Source: Vicinamibacterales bacterium
Lineage (GTDB): Bacteria; Acidobacteriota; Vicinamibacteria; Vicinamibacterales; UBA8438
Assembly (NCBI GenBank): GCA_965204675.1
Contig: OZ242003.1
Span: 4,371,686 to 4,435,685 of the forward strand
Length of the DNA: 64,000 nt
Direction of reading: 5' to 3'
A model generated the notes under the pieces. It saw only the letters and a list, made by a program, of their open reading frames with translations, searched no databases and was not told the DNA's origin. Position 1 is the stretch's first letter; every line of letters starts with the position of its first letter. Below are positions 48,740 through 61,563 of the stretch, one piece after another. The position numbers and the translations under genes were made by a program.

Positions 48740-50631
48740 TCTCCGCCGACGCCCGCCTCGTGCGGCATGCGCCCGTCCGCCACCGAGCGCTCGGCGCGGT
48801 AGCCCTCCTGAACCAGGATGTCGTCGGTGATCGTGCGGGCGTCGATGGGCACGCCCGCGTAGTGCAGGACGCTTCGCAGCCGCCCCGCGAGCTCGGCCTT
48901 GAGCTCGAGCCGCATCAGCGAGGCGAGCTGGGCGTCCCGGTTCTGCTCGACCACGTAGACGTGCTCGTGCCGCTCGATGAACGACGCCAGCCCCGAGCGG
49001 AACGGATAGGCGCGGAGCCGGTAGTAGGACGTCTGCAGGTCCGCTTCCTCGAGGAGCTGGTCGCGGCCCTCCACCACCGCCCAGTGGCTCGTGCCGTAGG
49101 CGATGATGCCGACGGTCGCGCGGCGGTCGATCTCGACCTCCGGCGCCGGCATCCAGTTGCGGGCGGTCTCGAACTTGCGCGCGAGGCGGTCGACGTTCTT
49201 CTCGTAGTCGTCGGCCCGCTCGCTGTACTGTCCCCACTCGTTGTGGCCCGAGCCGCGGCAGAAGTAGGCGGGCGCGGCGGTGCCGGGCACCGACCGCCAG
49301 GGAATGCCGTCGCCGTCGACGTCGCGGTAGCGGCCGAACCGCCCGATCTTCTCCAGGGTCTCCGCGTCGAGCACCTTGCCGCGGTCCAGCGGCTTCGACG
49401 GGTACCCGAACTTCGCCGACATCCACGTGTTCATGCCGAGATCGAGATCGCTCAGCACGAAGACGGGGGTCTGGAACCGCTCGGCGAGGTCGAAGGCGTC
49501 CATCGCCATCGAGTAGCACTCTTCCGGAGAGCTGGGGAACAGCAGGGGATGCCGGGTGTCCCCGTGAGAGAGGAACGCGGTCGAGAGGACGTCGCCCTGG
49601 GCGGTGCGGGTCGGCAGCCCCGTCGAGGGCCCCACCCGCTGGATGTCGAAGATGACCGCGGGCACCTCGGCGTAGTACCCCAGGCCGGCGAACTCGCCCA
49701 TGAGCGAGACGCCGGGCCCGGACGTCGCGGTCATCGACCGGGCCCCCGCCCAGGCCCCGCCCAGCGCCATCCCCAGCGCGGCGATCTCGTCCTCGGCCTG
49801 CACCACCGCGAAGGTCGCCTTGCCGGTCTCCTCGTCCACGCGGTACTTGCGCAGATAGTCGATGAGGGTCTCGCACAACGACGAGGACGGCGTGATCGGA
49901 TACCAGGTGACGACGGTCACCCCGGCCATCATGCAGCCGATGGCCGCCGCCGCGTTGCCCTCGACGAGGATGCGCCCGCGGTTCGCGTCCATCGGCTCGA
50001 TGAAGAAGGGGTCGCGCTTGTCCAAGTGCTCCTCGGCGTAGGCGTAGCCGACGTCGAGGGCCTCCCGGTTGATGGCGACGACCTTCGGCTTGCCCCCGAA
50101 CTGCTTCCTGAGCGCCGCCTCCATCTCGTCGAGGTCGACGCCGAGCAGGCGCGAGAGCACCCCGTCGTACAGCATGTTGCGCACGCGGCGCCGCAGCTTG
50201 ACGTCGCGCGACACCTTCGCGAGCAGGGTGTCGAAGGGAACCGGATAGAACACGAGATCGTCGCGCAGCGACCCGAGGTCGAGGGGCGCGTCGTAGACGA
50301 CGACGGCGCCCGACGGCAGGCCGAGCACGTCCTCGCGCGCGGTCTCCGGATTCATCGCGACGAGAACGTCGATCTCCTTCTTGCGGGCGACGTAGCCCTT
50401 CTTGTTGGCCCGGATGGTGAACCACGTCGGGAGGCCGGCGATGTTCGAGGGAAAGAGGTTCTTCCCCGACACGGGCACGCCCATCTGGAAGATGGCGCGC
50501 AGCAGCACCAGGTTCGCCGTCTGGCTGCCGGAACCGTTGACGGTGGCGACCTGGATGCTGAAATCGTTGATGACGGGAGCGACAGACGACGCGGTGGGAC
50601 GCTCTTCGACTGCTACGTCGTACGCGGCCAT
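48736..50631 (-). CDS. korA: 2-oxoacid:ferredoxin oxidoreductase alpha subunit (gamma-alpha fusion)
   Basis: NGSGSQT, WYPITPSS, QAEDEIAA, TATSGPG, QRVGPSTGLPT, VEQN. Confidence 0.92.
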   Translation of the reverse strand: MAAYDVAVEERPTASSVAPVINDFSIQVATVNGSGSQTANLVLLRAIFQMGVPVSGKNLFPSNIAGLPTWFTIRANKKGYVARKKEIDVLVAMNPETAREDVLGLPSGAVVVYDAPLDLGSLRDDLVFYPVPFDTLLAKVSRDVKLRRRVRNMLYDGVLSRLLGVDLDEMEAALRKQFGGKPKVVAINREALDVGYAYAEEHLDKRDPFFIEPMDANRGRILVEGNAAAAIGCMMAGVTVVTWYPITPSSSLCETLIDYLRKYRVDEETGKATFAVVQAEDEIAALGMALGGAWAGARSMTATSGPGVSLMGEFAGLGYYAEVPAVIFDIQRVGPSTGLPTRTAQGDVLSTAFLSHGDTRHPLLFPSSPEECYSMAMDAFDLAERFQTPVFVLSDLDLGMNTWMSAKFGYPSKPLDRGKVLDAETLEKIGRFGRYRDVDGDGIPWRSVPGTAAPAYFCRGSGHNEWGQYSERADDYEKNVDRLARKFETARNWMPAPEVEIDRRATVGIIAYGTSHWAVVEGRDQLLEEADLQTSYYRLRAYPFRSGLASFIERHEHVYVVEQNRDAQLASLMRLELKAELAGRLRSVLHYAGVPIDARTITDDILVQEGYRAERSVADGRMPHEAGVGGE

Positions 50632-50714
50632 TCAGGTTCCTCGGAACGAAAGGGGGCGGCGGCGGTCGGAGACGGCGGCACGGCGTTCCCTGACACACGA
50701 GGCAAGCGTTGTCA

Positions 50715-50723
50715 AGTATAACA
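50715..50723 (-). promoter_or_regulatory. extended -10 element upstream of korA
   Basis: Minus strand TGTTATACT in an AT-rich patch. Confidence 0.45.
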
Positions 50724-50778
50724 AACGCCCGTTCGCGCGCACACCATCGAAGGCGGGCGCCTTCACCCGCGAGCCGGT

Positions 50779-51657
50779 TCAGGACGCGGTCGGAATCGCC
50801 GCGGCCACCGCGGCCCCGATGTCCGACGGGCTCCTGACCACGGCGACGCCGGCCGACGACAGGGCCGCCATCTTCTCGGCCGCGGTGCCCTGCCCGCCCG
50901 AGATGATGGCCCCGGCGTGCCCCATGCGCCGCCCGGGCGGGGCGGTCTGACCGGCGATGAACCCGACGACCGGCTTGCGCACGTCGTCGCGGATGAACGC
51001 CGCCGCCTCCTCCTCGGCCGCGCCCCCGATCTCGCCGATCAGCACCACCGCGTCGGTCGCCGGATCGGCCTCGAAGAGGCGGAGGGCGTCGATGAAGGTC
51101 GTCCCGATCAGCGGGTCGCCGCCGATGCCGATGCACGTGGTCTGGCCGAGCCCGAGCCGGGTCAGTTGCTGGATGGCCTCGTAGGTCAGGGTGCCGCTCT
51201 TCGAGACGATGCCGACCCGCCCCTCGCGGCAGATGTGGCCGGGGATGATGCCGGCCTTGGCGCGCCCCGGCGAGATGAGGCCGGGACAGTTGGGCCCGAC
51301 GAGCCGGCAGTCCCGTTCCCCGATGAACGCCAGCGCCCGCATCATGTCGAGGGTGGGGATGCCCTCGGTGATGCACACCACGAACCCGATGCCGGCGTCC
51401 GCCGCTTCCATCACCGCGTCGGCGGCGACGGCCGGGGGCACGAAGACGACCGAGGCGTCGGCGCCGGTCTCGCGCACCGCGCCGGCGACGGTGTCGAACA
51501 CCGGCAGCCCCTCGTGGGTGGTCCCGCCCTTGCCGGGCGTCACCCCGCCCACGACGTTCGTGCCGTACTCGATGGCCCGCCGGGCGTGGAAGGCGCCCTC
51601 CCGTCCCGTCAGGCCCTGGACGAGCAGCCGCGTCCGTTCGTCGATGAGAACCGCCAT
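50779..51657 (-). CDS. sucD: succinyl-CoA synthetase alpha subunit
   Basis: [36 protein letters not shown]. Confidence 0.97.
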   Translation of the reverse strand: MAVLIDERTRLLVQGLTGREGAFHARRAIEYGTNVVGGVTPGKGGTTHEGLPVFDTVAGAVRETGADASVVFVPPAVAADAVMEAADAGIGFVVCITEGIPTLDMMRALAFIGERDCRLVGPNCPGLISPGRAKAGIIPGHICREGRVGIVSKSGTLTYEAIQQLTRLGLGQTTCIGIGGDPLIGTTFIDALRLFEADPATDAVVLIGEIGGAAEEEAAAFIRDDVRKPVVGFIAGQTAPPGRRMGHAGAIISGGQGTAAEKMAALSSAGVAVVRSPSDIGAAVAAAIPTAS

Positions 51658-51746
51658 CCAATCAGCTCCGAAACCCCGCGCGGCAGCTCCGCCCGCCAGT
51701 CGCCGCCTCCGCCCGGCGCCCGCCCCCCCCGGGAGTCAGCCGCCCT

Positions 51747-51810
51747 GCCAGCCCGTGACGAAAGTCCCGCTGCCTTCGAGCAACGCGGGGCTCTCACCAC
51801 GGGCCGCTAC
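51747..51810. mobile_element. MITE-like family A, internally deleted ~60-bp copy (both ends only)
   Basis: CAGCCCGTGACGAAAGTCCCGCTGCCTTCGAG matches one end of 27486-27651 and CAACGCGGGGCTCTCACCACGGGCCGCTA matches the other. Confidence 0.65.
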
Positions 51811-52979
51811 GGCGCGGGCGCCTGCCCCGCGGCCGCGACGGCGTGCCGCGCCGCCTCCCCCATGGTGTCCGCGGTGGTGAAGTTCAGGCCGCTCTCGTCG
51901 AGCATGCGCCGCCCTTCCTCCACGTTCGTCCCCTCCATGCGGATCACCACCGGCACCTCGACCCCGAGCTCCCTGACGGCGGCGATGACCCCGGCCGCGA
52001 GCACGTCGCAGCGCAGGATGCCGCCGAAGATGTTGATGAGCACCGCGCGCACCTGGGCGTCCGACAACAGGATGCGGAACGCGTTGCGGATCTGGTCGGC
52101 GTTGGCGCCCCCGCCCACGTCGAGGAAGTTGGCGGGCTCGCCCCCGGACAGCTTGATGATGTCCATCGTCGCCATCGCGAGGCCCGCGCCGTTGACCATG
52201 CAGCCGATGTCGCCGTCGAGCCGGATGTAGTTGAGGGCGTGCCGGGACGCCTCGGTCTCGAGGGGCTCCTCCTCGGCGGGATCGCGCAGGTCGGCGAGGT
52301 CGGCGTGGCGGTAGAGCGCGTTGTCGTCCAGGGTCACCTTCGCGTCGAGGGCGAGGGCGGCGCCGGCGGCGGTCACCACCAGCGGGTTGATCTCGACCAG
52401 CGAGGCGTCGCAGGCGGCGAACGCGTCCCAGGCACGGCTCATGATCGCCGCCGCGTCTCGCGCCGCCGGCCCCGTCAACCCCACCGCGTGGGCGAGCTGC
52501 CGGGCCTGGAACGGCGCGAGCCCGACCCCGGGGTGGACGTGGACCCGGTGGATCAGCTCCGGGGTCGCCGCCGCCACCGCCTCGATGTCCATCCCGCCCG
52601 ACGCGCTCGCCATCATCACCGGCCGGCCCGCCGACCGGTCCACGAGCACCCCCAGATACAGCTCGGTCGACACGTCGAGGGCCTCCTCGACGAGCAGCCG
52701 CCGGACGACCCGGCCGCCCGGCCCGGTCTGGGGGGTCACCAGGGTCATCCCCAGGATCTCGCCCGCGATCCGCTCCGCCTCGGCGGCGTCCGCAGCGACC
52801 TTGACGCCCCCGCCCTTGCCGCGGCCGCCGGCGTGGATCTGCGCCTTGACCACGACGCGCCCCCCGAGCCGCCGGGCGACGGCCCCCGCCTCGGGGGCCG
52901 AGAACACCGGCTCGCCGCGGGGGACCGCGACGTCATGGCGCGCGAGCAGGGCCTTGGCCTGGTACTCGTGGATCTTCAC
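51807..52979 (-). CDS. sucC: succinyl-CoA synthetase beta subunit
   Basis: [45 protein letters not shown]. Confidence 0.97.
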   Translation of the reverse strand: MKIHEYQAKALLARHDVAVPRGEPVFSAPEAGAVARRLGGRVVVKAQIHAGGRGKGGGVKVAADAAEAERIAGEILGMTLVTPQTGPGGRVVRRLLVEEALDVSTELYLGVLVDRSAGRPVMMASASGGMDIEAVAAATPELIHRVHVHPGVGLAPFQARQLAHAVGLTGPAARDAAAIMSRAWDAFAACDASLVEINPLVVTAAGAALALDAKVTLDDNALYRHADLADLRDPAEEEPLETEASRHALNYIRLDGDIGCMVNGAGLAMATMDIIKLSGGEPANFLDVGGGANADQIRNAFRILLSDAQVRAVLINIFGGILRCDVLAAGVIAAVRELGVEVPVVIRMEGTNVEEGRRMLDESGLNFTTADTMGEAARHAVAAAGQAPAP

Positions 52980-53030
52980 GGTGAATCCCGTCCGCCATCG
53001 CCGGCGGCACCGACCGCCGGCCGGACGTCC

Positions 53031-53180
53031 CTCGAGGCTCCGCACCGCTTCCGCGGCGCAGGCTCCCGGCCCGGAGAGCGTCGCCCAACCAACCCTGTCA
53101 GGAGTCTGCACCGTTCTACGGCGCAGACGCCCGGAGAGCGTCGCCGGCGGCTCCGCTCGCCGCCCAGCCAACCCTGCTAC
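53031..53180 (+). repeat. REP-like family B, two partial units
   Basis: GGCTCCGCACCGCTTCCGCGGCGCAGGCTCC and CCCAACCAACCCTGTCAGGAGTCTGCACCGTTCTACGGCGCAGACGCC. Confidence 0.7.
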
Positions 53181-54103
53181 AGACCGAGAACGTCGACGAG
53201 CTCCTTGACCGCCGCCGCCGACCGGTTCAGCGCCGCCTGCTCGCCCGGCTCGAGGGCGATCTCGATCACCTGCTCGGCTCCCCCCGCGCCCAGCTTCACC
53301 GGCACCCCCACGAAGAGATCCCGGATGCCGTACTCGCCCTGCAGGTAGACAGCGCACGGCAGGATCTTCTTCTTGTCCTTCAGGATCGCCTCGACCATCT
53401 CGACCGCGGCCGAGCCCGGCGCGTAGTAGGCGCTGCCGGTGCCCAGCAGCTTGACGATCTCGGCCCCGCCGTTGGCGGTCCGGTCGCAGATGGCGTCGAC
53501 CGTCGCCGGGTCGAGAAGCTGGGTGATGGGGATGCCCGCGACGGTGGAGAAGCGCGGCAGGGGCACCATGGTGTCGCCGTGCCCTCCGAGCACGAACGCG
53601 TGGGTGTTCTCGACCGACACGTTCAGCGCGTCGGCGATGAACGAGCGCATGCGCGCCGAATCGAGCACCCCGGCCATGCCCACGACCCGCTCGCGGGGGA
53701 AGCCGCTCGCCCGGTACACCACCTGACACATCGCGTCGAGGGGGTTCGTCACCGGGACGATGATGCAGTCGGGCGAGTGCTTCACGACCTCGGCCGTGAC
53801 CGAACGGATGATGCCCGCGTTCTTGTTCAGCAGATCGTCGCGGCTCATGCCCGGCTTGCGGGCGAGGCCGGCGGTGATGACGACGACATCCGACCCCGCC
53901 GTATCCGCGTAGTCGTTGGTGCCGAGCACCCGCGAGTCGGAACCCTCGATGGGGCAGGCCTCGAGCATGTCGAGCCCCTTGCCCTGCGGCACGCCCTCGA
54001 GGATGTCGAGGACCACGACATCGGCCAGCTCCTTGTCGGCGATGCTCCTCGCCGCGGTGGCGCCGACGTTGCCCGACCCGATGACGCTGACTTTTCGATT
54101 CAT
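53177..54103 (-). CDS. mdh: malate dehydrogenase (LDH-like)
   Basis: [41 protein letters not shown]. Confidence 0.96.
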   Translation of the reverse strand: MNRKVSVIGSGNVGATAARSIADKELADVVVLDILEGVPQGKGLDMLEACPIEGSDSRVLGTNDYADTAGSDVVVITAGLARKPGMSRDDLLNKNAGIIRSVTAEVVKHSPDCIIVPVTNPLDAMCQVVYRASGFPRERVVGMAGVLDSARMRSFIADALNVSVENTHAFVLGGHGDTMVPLPRFSTVAGIPITQLLDPATVDAICDRTANGGAEIVKLLGTGSAYYAPGSAAVEMVEAILKDKKKILPCAVYLQGEYGIRDLFVGVPVKLGAGGAEQVIEIALEPGEQAALNRSAAAVKELVDVLGL

Positions 54104-54317
54104 GACGCGTTCAGTACCCCTTTCACCGCCGGCCGTCCGGCGACGGACGCTGCCCGCCCGCCACGCGATGCGCCGGGCATCGCGCCGTGGCGCGAGAGCA
54201 GCATCGTCCCCGAGAAACCGTGGAACCCTGGTGGAATCGCCCCGATGGCGGTCCGCGAACCGCCCGTTTCCGGGGCCGTTGATCGCGTGGCGGGCGAACC
54301 TCCGCGAGCGGCCGCCC

Positions 54318-54323
54318 ATTATA
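54318..54323 (-). promoter_or_regulatory. -10 box (TATAAT) of the mdh-suc operon promoter
   Basis: Perfect TATAAT on the minus strand, about 215 nt upstream of mdh; no clear -35. Confidence 0.45.
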
Positions 54324-54339
54324 CTGCGGTACACTTCCC

Positions 54340-54553
54340 GCCACGCCCAGCCGCGCAGCACGGGCGTCTCCGGAGCTGGAAGCGACGGCTCGACGCCGAC
54401 AGGGCCACGCCCGGCCGCGCACGGGCGTCTCCCGGCTGGCGGTCGCGTCCGTGGGGATGGACGGGTCGCGCCCAGCCGCGCACGGGCGTCTCTCACGGGA
54501 TTCGGGTCGTCTAGCGCCGTCACGGGTCACGCCCAGCCGCGCACAGTCGTCTC
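54340..54553. CRISPR. orphan CRISPR-like mini-array (4 x ~30-bp hairpin repeats, 3 x 31-bp spacers); may instead be a degenerate 61-bp minisatellite
   Basis: Consensus GGGTCACGCCCAGCCGCGCACGGGCGTCTC; repeat ends at 54370, 54431, 54492 and 54553 (exact 61-bp period); internal ACGCCC/GGGCGT stem; no cas genes in the window. Confidence 0.4.
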
Positions 54554-54761
54554 ACCGCCCGCGGGGGTGCCGGCCGCCCGGGGCGGGCCCTGCCTCCGAC
54601 TCCGGCGACGGCCGAGCCAGGCGGCCGAACGCATCGCCGGTCGGATGCCGCGGGGGGCGGGACGCGAGCCGCCCGCCGGGCCTCTTCCATTTCCGGCTGG
54701 ACACGAAGCTCCCGCTGAACACGAAGAACCACCGCGAACTCCCGGAGAAACGAGCGCCGAA

Positions 54762-56360
54762 ATGAAGATCGTCATCGCCGATCCCCTGCCATCGTCGGCC
54801 GCGGACCTGCTCCGCAACCAGGGGTGGACCGTCGACGCGGAGGCCGGCCGCCCCAGGCAGCGGCTGGAGGCCGACCTCTCGGACGCCGACGCCCTGATCG
54901 TCCGCAGCGCGACGCGGGTGGACGCCGAGCTGCTGGCGACCTCGCCCCGGCTCAGGATCGTCGCCCGCGCGGGCACCGGCGTCGACAACGTCGACCTCGA
55001 CGCCGCGAGCGCGAACGGGGTGCTGGTCGTCAACGCCCCGGGGGCCAACAGCGTCAGCGTGGCCGAGCACACCATGGCCCTGCTGCTCGCCTCGGCCCGG
55101 TCGGTGGCCCACGCCGACGCCCGGCTCAAGGCGGGCCGGTGGGAGAAGAAGCGGCTGACGGGGGTCGAGGTGCGCGGAAAGACCCTCGGCGTCGTCGGCC
55201 TCGGCCGCATCGGCCGCGAGGTCGTGCACCGCGCCCACGCCTTCGGCATGCGCTGCGTCGCGCACGACCCCTTCATCGCGGGCCAGGTCGCCGCCGACCT
55301 CGACGTCGAGCTCATGGAGCTGGACGATCTGTGCGGGGCCGCCGACTTCATCACCCTGCACGTGCCGTCCACCGACTCGGGGCCGCTGTTCACGGCCGAG
55401 CGGCTGGCCCGCTGCAAGCCGTCGGCCCGCATCGTCAACACCGCGCGCGGCGCCCTCATCGACGAGGAGGCCCTCGCCGACGCCATCGAGCGGGGCGCCA
55501 TCGGCGGGGCCGGGCTCGACGTCTTCCAGGTCGAGCCGCCGCCCGACGGGCGTCTCGTCCGCCTGCCCCAGGTCGTCACCACCCCCCACATCGCCGGGTC
55601 CACCCACGAGGCCCAGGAGCTCGTGGGGATCGAGACGGCGGCCTGCGTGCGCGACTACCTCGGCGCGGGCATCGTGCGCAACGCCGTCAACTACCCCTCG
55701 CTCGGCCCCGAGGAGCTGAAGCGCATGCAGCCCTACGCGGTGCTCGCGCGCCGGCTCGGCACCCTGCTGAGCCACATCGGCGGCGAGCGCCCCGAGGCCC
55801 TCGCCCTTCGCTACTACGGCGGGCTCGCCGAGGGCGACAACGAGCCGCTGGTCGGCGCCAGCCTGGTCGGCTTCTTCGGACCGACGGTGGACAACGTCAC
55901 CCCCATCAACGCGCGGGCGGTGGCCCGCGACCGCGGCATCGAGGTCATCGAGTCGCGCAGCTCGCGGAACCGCAACTTCACGAACCTCATCTCGATGAAG
56001 CTCCACACCGCCCGCGGCGAGCACTGGGTCGAGGGGGTCCTGTTCGAGCAGGCGGGACCCAGGCTGGTCCTGCTCGACGGCGTGCAGATCGAGGCCCCCC
56101 TGGAGGGCACCCTCGTGGTGGTCCGCAACGACGACCAGCCGGGCGTGATCGGCGAGGTGGGCGGGATTCTCGGCCGCCACGGCATCAACATCGAGACGTT
56201 CGCACTGGGCCGGGGCGCGTCGGGGGGCGGCGCGGTGGCGGTGGTCAAGATCGATCAGGAGGACAGCGGCGCCCCGGGGGTCACCGCGGACGTGCTCCAC
56301 GAGATCGAGGCGGTCTCCGCCGTGAAGCAGGCGTCCCTGATCTCCGCCTGGGAGGCCTGA
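54762..56360 (+). CDS. serA: D-3-phosphoglycerate dehydrogenase (ASB + ACT domains)
   Basis: ARAGTGVDNVD, VAEHT, GLGRIG, NTARG, TPHIAGST, C-terminal ACT DQPGVIG. Confidence 0.95.
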   Translation: MKIVIADPLPSSAADLLRNQGWTVDAEAGRPRQRLEADLSDADALIVRSATRVDAELLATSPRLRIVARAGTGVDNVDLDAASANGVLVVNAPGANSVSVAEHTMALLLASARSVAHADARLKAGRWEKKRLTGVEVRGKTLGVVGLGRIGREVVHRAHAFGMRCVAHDPFIAGQVAADLDVELMELDDLCGAADFITLHVPSTDSGPLFTAERLARCKPSARIVNTARGALIDEEALADAIERGAIGGAGLDVFQVEPPPDGRLVRLPQVVTTPHIAGSTHEAQELVGIETAACVRDYLGAGIVRNAVNYPSLGPEELKRMQPYAVLARRLGTLLSHIGGERPEALALRYYGGLAEGDNEPLVGASLVGFFGPTVDNVTPINARAVARDRGIEVIESRSSRNRNFTNLISMKLHTARGEHWVEGVLFEQAGPRLVLLDGVQIEAPLEGTLVVVRNDDQPGVIGEVGGILGRHGINIETFALGRGASGGGAVAVVKIDQEDSGAPGVTADVLHEIEAVSAVKQASLISAWEA

Positions 56361-56364
56361 GCCG

Positions 56365-56919
56365 TCAGGGAAGGGTCAGCCGGAACGAGGCCTGACGGGC
56401 GGGATCGAACAGCTCGACCGCGTCGTCGTCGACGCGCTGCACCTGGTAGGGTCCCGGCACCTCGTCCCCGGCCTGCGCCAGCATCACCTGTCCGCCCACG
56501 GAGAGGATGGCGGTCCGGAGGGGACCGGACGGGGCCGCCTCGGTCGCGATGCCCGCGAGCGACACCCGGAGCGGGACCGCCGGCGCGGCGGCGGCCGGGC
56601 CCCGCGTCCAGCCTTGCGGCACGACCGTCCCGGACCCGCCGGGGGCGTCCGCGCGGCGCCGCGGGGCCAGCGTGAACGGGTTGCGGACCACCGGCCGCGG
56701 CCCGGGCGCGCGCTCCAGCCAGGCGGCCATCCGTGCCACCTCCCGGTCCAGGTCGACGTGATCGAGCGCCGACGGCGCCGCCTGCGACCCCAGAGGCGCC
56801 GATGCTCCGCCGGGCGGCGGGGGCGGGAGCCCGCCCGGGGTCGTCCCCGCGGCCGAGGACAGCCAGGCGGCCAGGAGCGCCGCGCCGCCGGCCCACAGCG
56901 ACAGACGCGTCTTGCTCAT
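56365..56919 (-). CDS. hypothetical exported protein
   Basis: Signal-like N-terminus, RNPF motif, C-terminal L.GIA...TAIL....GD.V beta-domain reminiscent of PilP/GspC-like proteins. Confidence 0.6.
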   Translation of the reverse strand: MSKTRLSLWAGGAALLAAWLSSAAGTTPGGLPPPPPGGASAPLGSQAAPSALDHVDLDREVARMAAWLERAPGPRPVVRNPFTLAPRRRADAPGGSGTVVPQGWTRGPAAAAPAVPLRVSLAGIATEAAPSGPLRTAILSVGGQVMLAQAGDEVPGPYQVQRVDDDAVELFDPARQASFRLTLP

Positions 56920-56953
56920 CGGCCCCCATCGTACCACGTCGGGCACGCCGTGA

Positions 56954-59530
<2,577 letters not shown>

Positions 59531-59746
59531 CCGTCTGCGCCGAAGAACCGCGCCGCCGCCTGGCGGGAGGGCGTCGAATCCCGGCAGGGCCGGCGGCGTG
59601 GCAATCATGGCCGCCGGTACGATCGACCGGCGCTGGCCCGTCCACCGGACGCGGTCGGGCGGGTCGGCCACCGGTTCGTCGCGGAGGGCCGGCTCGCCGT
59701 CGAGGGCGAACGCCTCCGGGCCGTCCGCGAGCGTCCGGCGCCCCCC

Positions 59747-59752
59747 TATAAT
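59747..59752 (+). promoter_or_regulatory. -10 box 6 nt before the kdsA GTG (candidate leaderless promoter)
   Basis: TATAAT-GGTCGC-GTG with no SD sequence. Confidence 0.55.
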
Positions 59753-59758
59753 GGTCGC

Positions 59759-60586
59759 GTGTCCGTCGTGAACATCGGTGACGTGGCCGTCGGCGACGGT
59801 GGGCCGCCCGCGCTCATCGCGGGTCCGTGCGTCATCGAGAGCGAAGCGCACGCCCTGTTCCTGGGCGGGGCGATCGCCGGCGTCGCCAGGGACCTCGGCA
59901 TCCCCTATGTCTTCAAGGCATCGTTCGACAAGGCCAACCGCACCTCCGCCCGCTCGTTCCGCGGCCCCGGCTTCGACGCCGGCCTGGCCGCGCTGAGGGC
60001 CGTCAAGGAAGCCCATGGGGTGCCCGTCCTGACCGACGTCCACGAGACCGCGCAGGTGGACGCGGTGGCGGAGGTGGCGGACGTCCTCCAGATCCCCGCC
60101 TTCCTGTCGCGGCAGACCGACCTGATCGTCGCTGCCGCCGGCACCGGCCGCGCCGTGAACGTCAAGAAGGGGCAGTTCCTCGCCCCCGCCGACATGCGCC
60201 ACGCGGTCGAGAAGGTCACCGGCACCGGCAACCGCCGCGTCCTCGTCACCGAGCGCGGGACCAGCTTCGGCTACCACGACCTCGTCGTCGACTTCCGCGC
60301 GTTCCCCCAGCTCAAGGCGCTGGGGGTGCCGGTGGTGTTCGACGTCACCCACAGCCTGCAGTTGCCGGGCGCCGGCGACGGGGTGACGGCGGGCCAGGCC
60401 GAGTACATCGAGCCGATGGCCGCGGCCGGCGCCGCCGCCGGGGTCGACGCCCTCTTCCTCGAGATTCACGAGGAGCCCTCGCGGGCGAAGAGCGACGCGC
60501 AGAACGCGCTCCGGCTCGACCGGCTGCCGCCGTTGCTCGAGCGGGTGCTGCGCATCGCCGAGGCCGCGAGGGACCGGGGCGCATGA
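59759..60586 (+). CDS. kdsA: KDO-8-phosphate synthase
   Basis: IAGPCVIE, KASFDKANRTS, QIPAFLSRQTD, KKGQF, FDVTHS, KSD. Confidence 0.96.
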   Translation: MSVVNIGDVAVGDGGPPALIAGPCVIESEAHALFLGGAIAGVARDLGIPYVFKASFDKANRTSARSFRGPGFDAGLAALRAVKEAHGVPVLTDVHETAQVDAVAEVADVLQIPAFLSRQTDLIVAAAGTGRAVNVKKGQFLAPADMRHAVEKVTGTGNRRVLVTERGTSFGYHDLVVDFRAFPQLKALGVPVVFDVTHSLQLPGAGDGVTAGQAEYIEPMAAAGAAAGVDALFLEIHEEPSRAKSDAQNALRLDRLPPLLERVLRIAEAARDRGA

Positions 60587-61563
60587 CCGCCACCGGCGCC
60601 GCGCCGGTCGACCGGACGCTGGCGCGGCAGGTCATCGAGATCGAGGCGGAGGCGCTGAAGGCGCTCGCGGACCGGCTCGACGACCGGTTCGACGCGGCGG
60701 TCCGCCTGCTCGACGCCTGCGCGGGGCGGGTCATCGTCACCGGCATGGGCAAATCCGGGATCATCAGCCGCAAGATCGCGGCCACCCTCGCCAGCACCGG
60801 CACCCCGGCGTTCTTCCTGCACCCGGCCGAGGCCGTCCACGGCGACCTCGGCGTCGTGCAGGACGACGACGTCGTCGTGGCCCTGTCGCACAGCGGCGAA
60901 ACGAACGAGATCCTGCGCCTGATCGAGACCATCCGGCGGGTCGGGGCCCGGCTCGTCTGCCTGACCGGCGCCCCCGGGTCGACCCTCGCGCGCAGCGCCG
61001 ACGTCGCCCTCGACTGCGGCGTCCGCGCCGAGGCGTGCCCCCTGAACCTCGTGCCGACGGCCAGCACCACCGCCGCCCTCGCCCTCGGCGACGCCCTCGC
61101 CATGACCCTGCTCGTCCGGAAGGGCTTCCGCCAGGAGGACTTCGCCCACCTGCATCCCGGCGGCGGGCTCGGCAAGCGCCTGATGCCGGCCGGCCGCCTC
61201 ATGCACGCCGGCGACGACGTCCCGGTGGTCCCCGCCACCGCCCCGATGTCCGCGGCGGTCCGCGAGATGAGCGACAAGAAGCTCGGCATGACCTGCGTGG
61301 TCGACGCGGCGGGCCGGCTCGCGGGCGTCATCACCGACGGCGACCTGCGGCGGGAGCTCGCGGCGGGCCGGCCACTGTCCGCCCGCACCGCCGGCGACGT
61401 CATGTCGGCGGCGCCGCACACGATCGCCGCGTCGACCCTCGCCGCCCGGGCCCTGCACCTCATGGAGACCCATCGCATCACCGCCCTCGTGGTGGTCGGC
61501 GACGCCGGTCGGGTCGAGGGGGTCGTCCACCTCCACGACCTCTGGCGCACCGAGCTGTTCTGA
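60583..61563 (+). CDS. kdsD: arabinose-5-phosphate isomerase (SIS + CBS)
   Basis: GMGKSG, HPAEAVHGDLG, SHSGET, PTASTT, HPGG.LG, CBS pair. Confidence 0.94.
   Translation: MTATGAAPVDRTLARQVIEIEAEALKALADRLDDRFDAAVRLLDACAGRVIVTGMGKSGIISRKIAATLASTGTPAFFLHPAEAVHGDLGVVQDDDVVVALSHSGETNEILRLIETIRRVGARLVCLTGAPGSTLARSADVALDCGVRAEACPLNLVPTASTTAALALGDALAMTLLVRKGFRQEDFAHLHPGGGLGKRLMPAGRLMHAGDDVPVVPATAPMSAAVREMSDKKLGMTCVVDAAGRLAGVITDGDLRRELAAGRPLSARTAGDVMSAAPHTIAASTLAARALHLMETHRITALVVVGDAGRVEGVVHLHDLWRTELF

Noticed and set aside
47648-51661. 1337-aa ORF ending in KorB
   Set aside because: Shadow frame over sucD and korA; KorB starts at the ATGA overlap at 48739.
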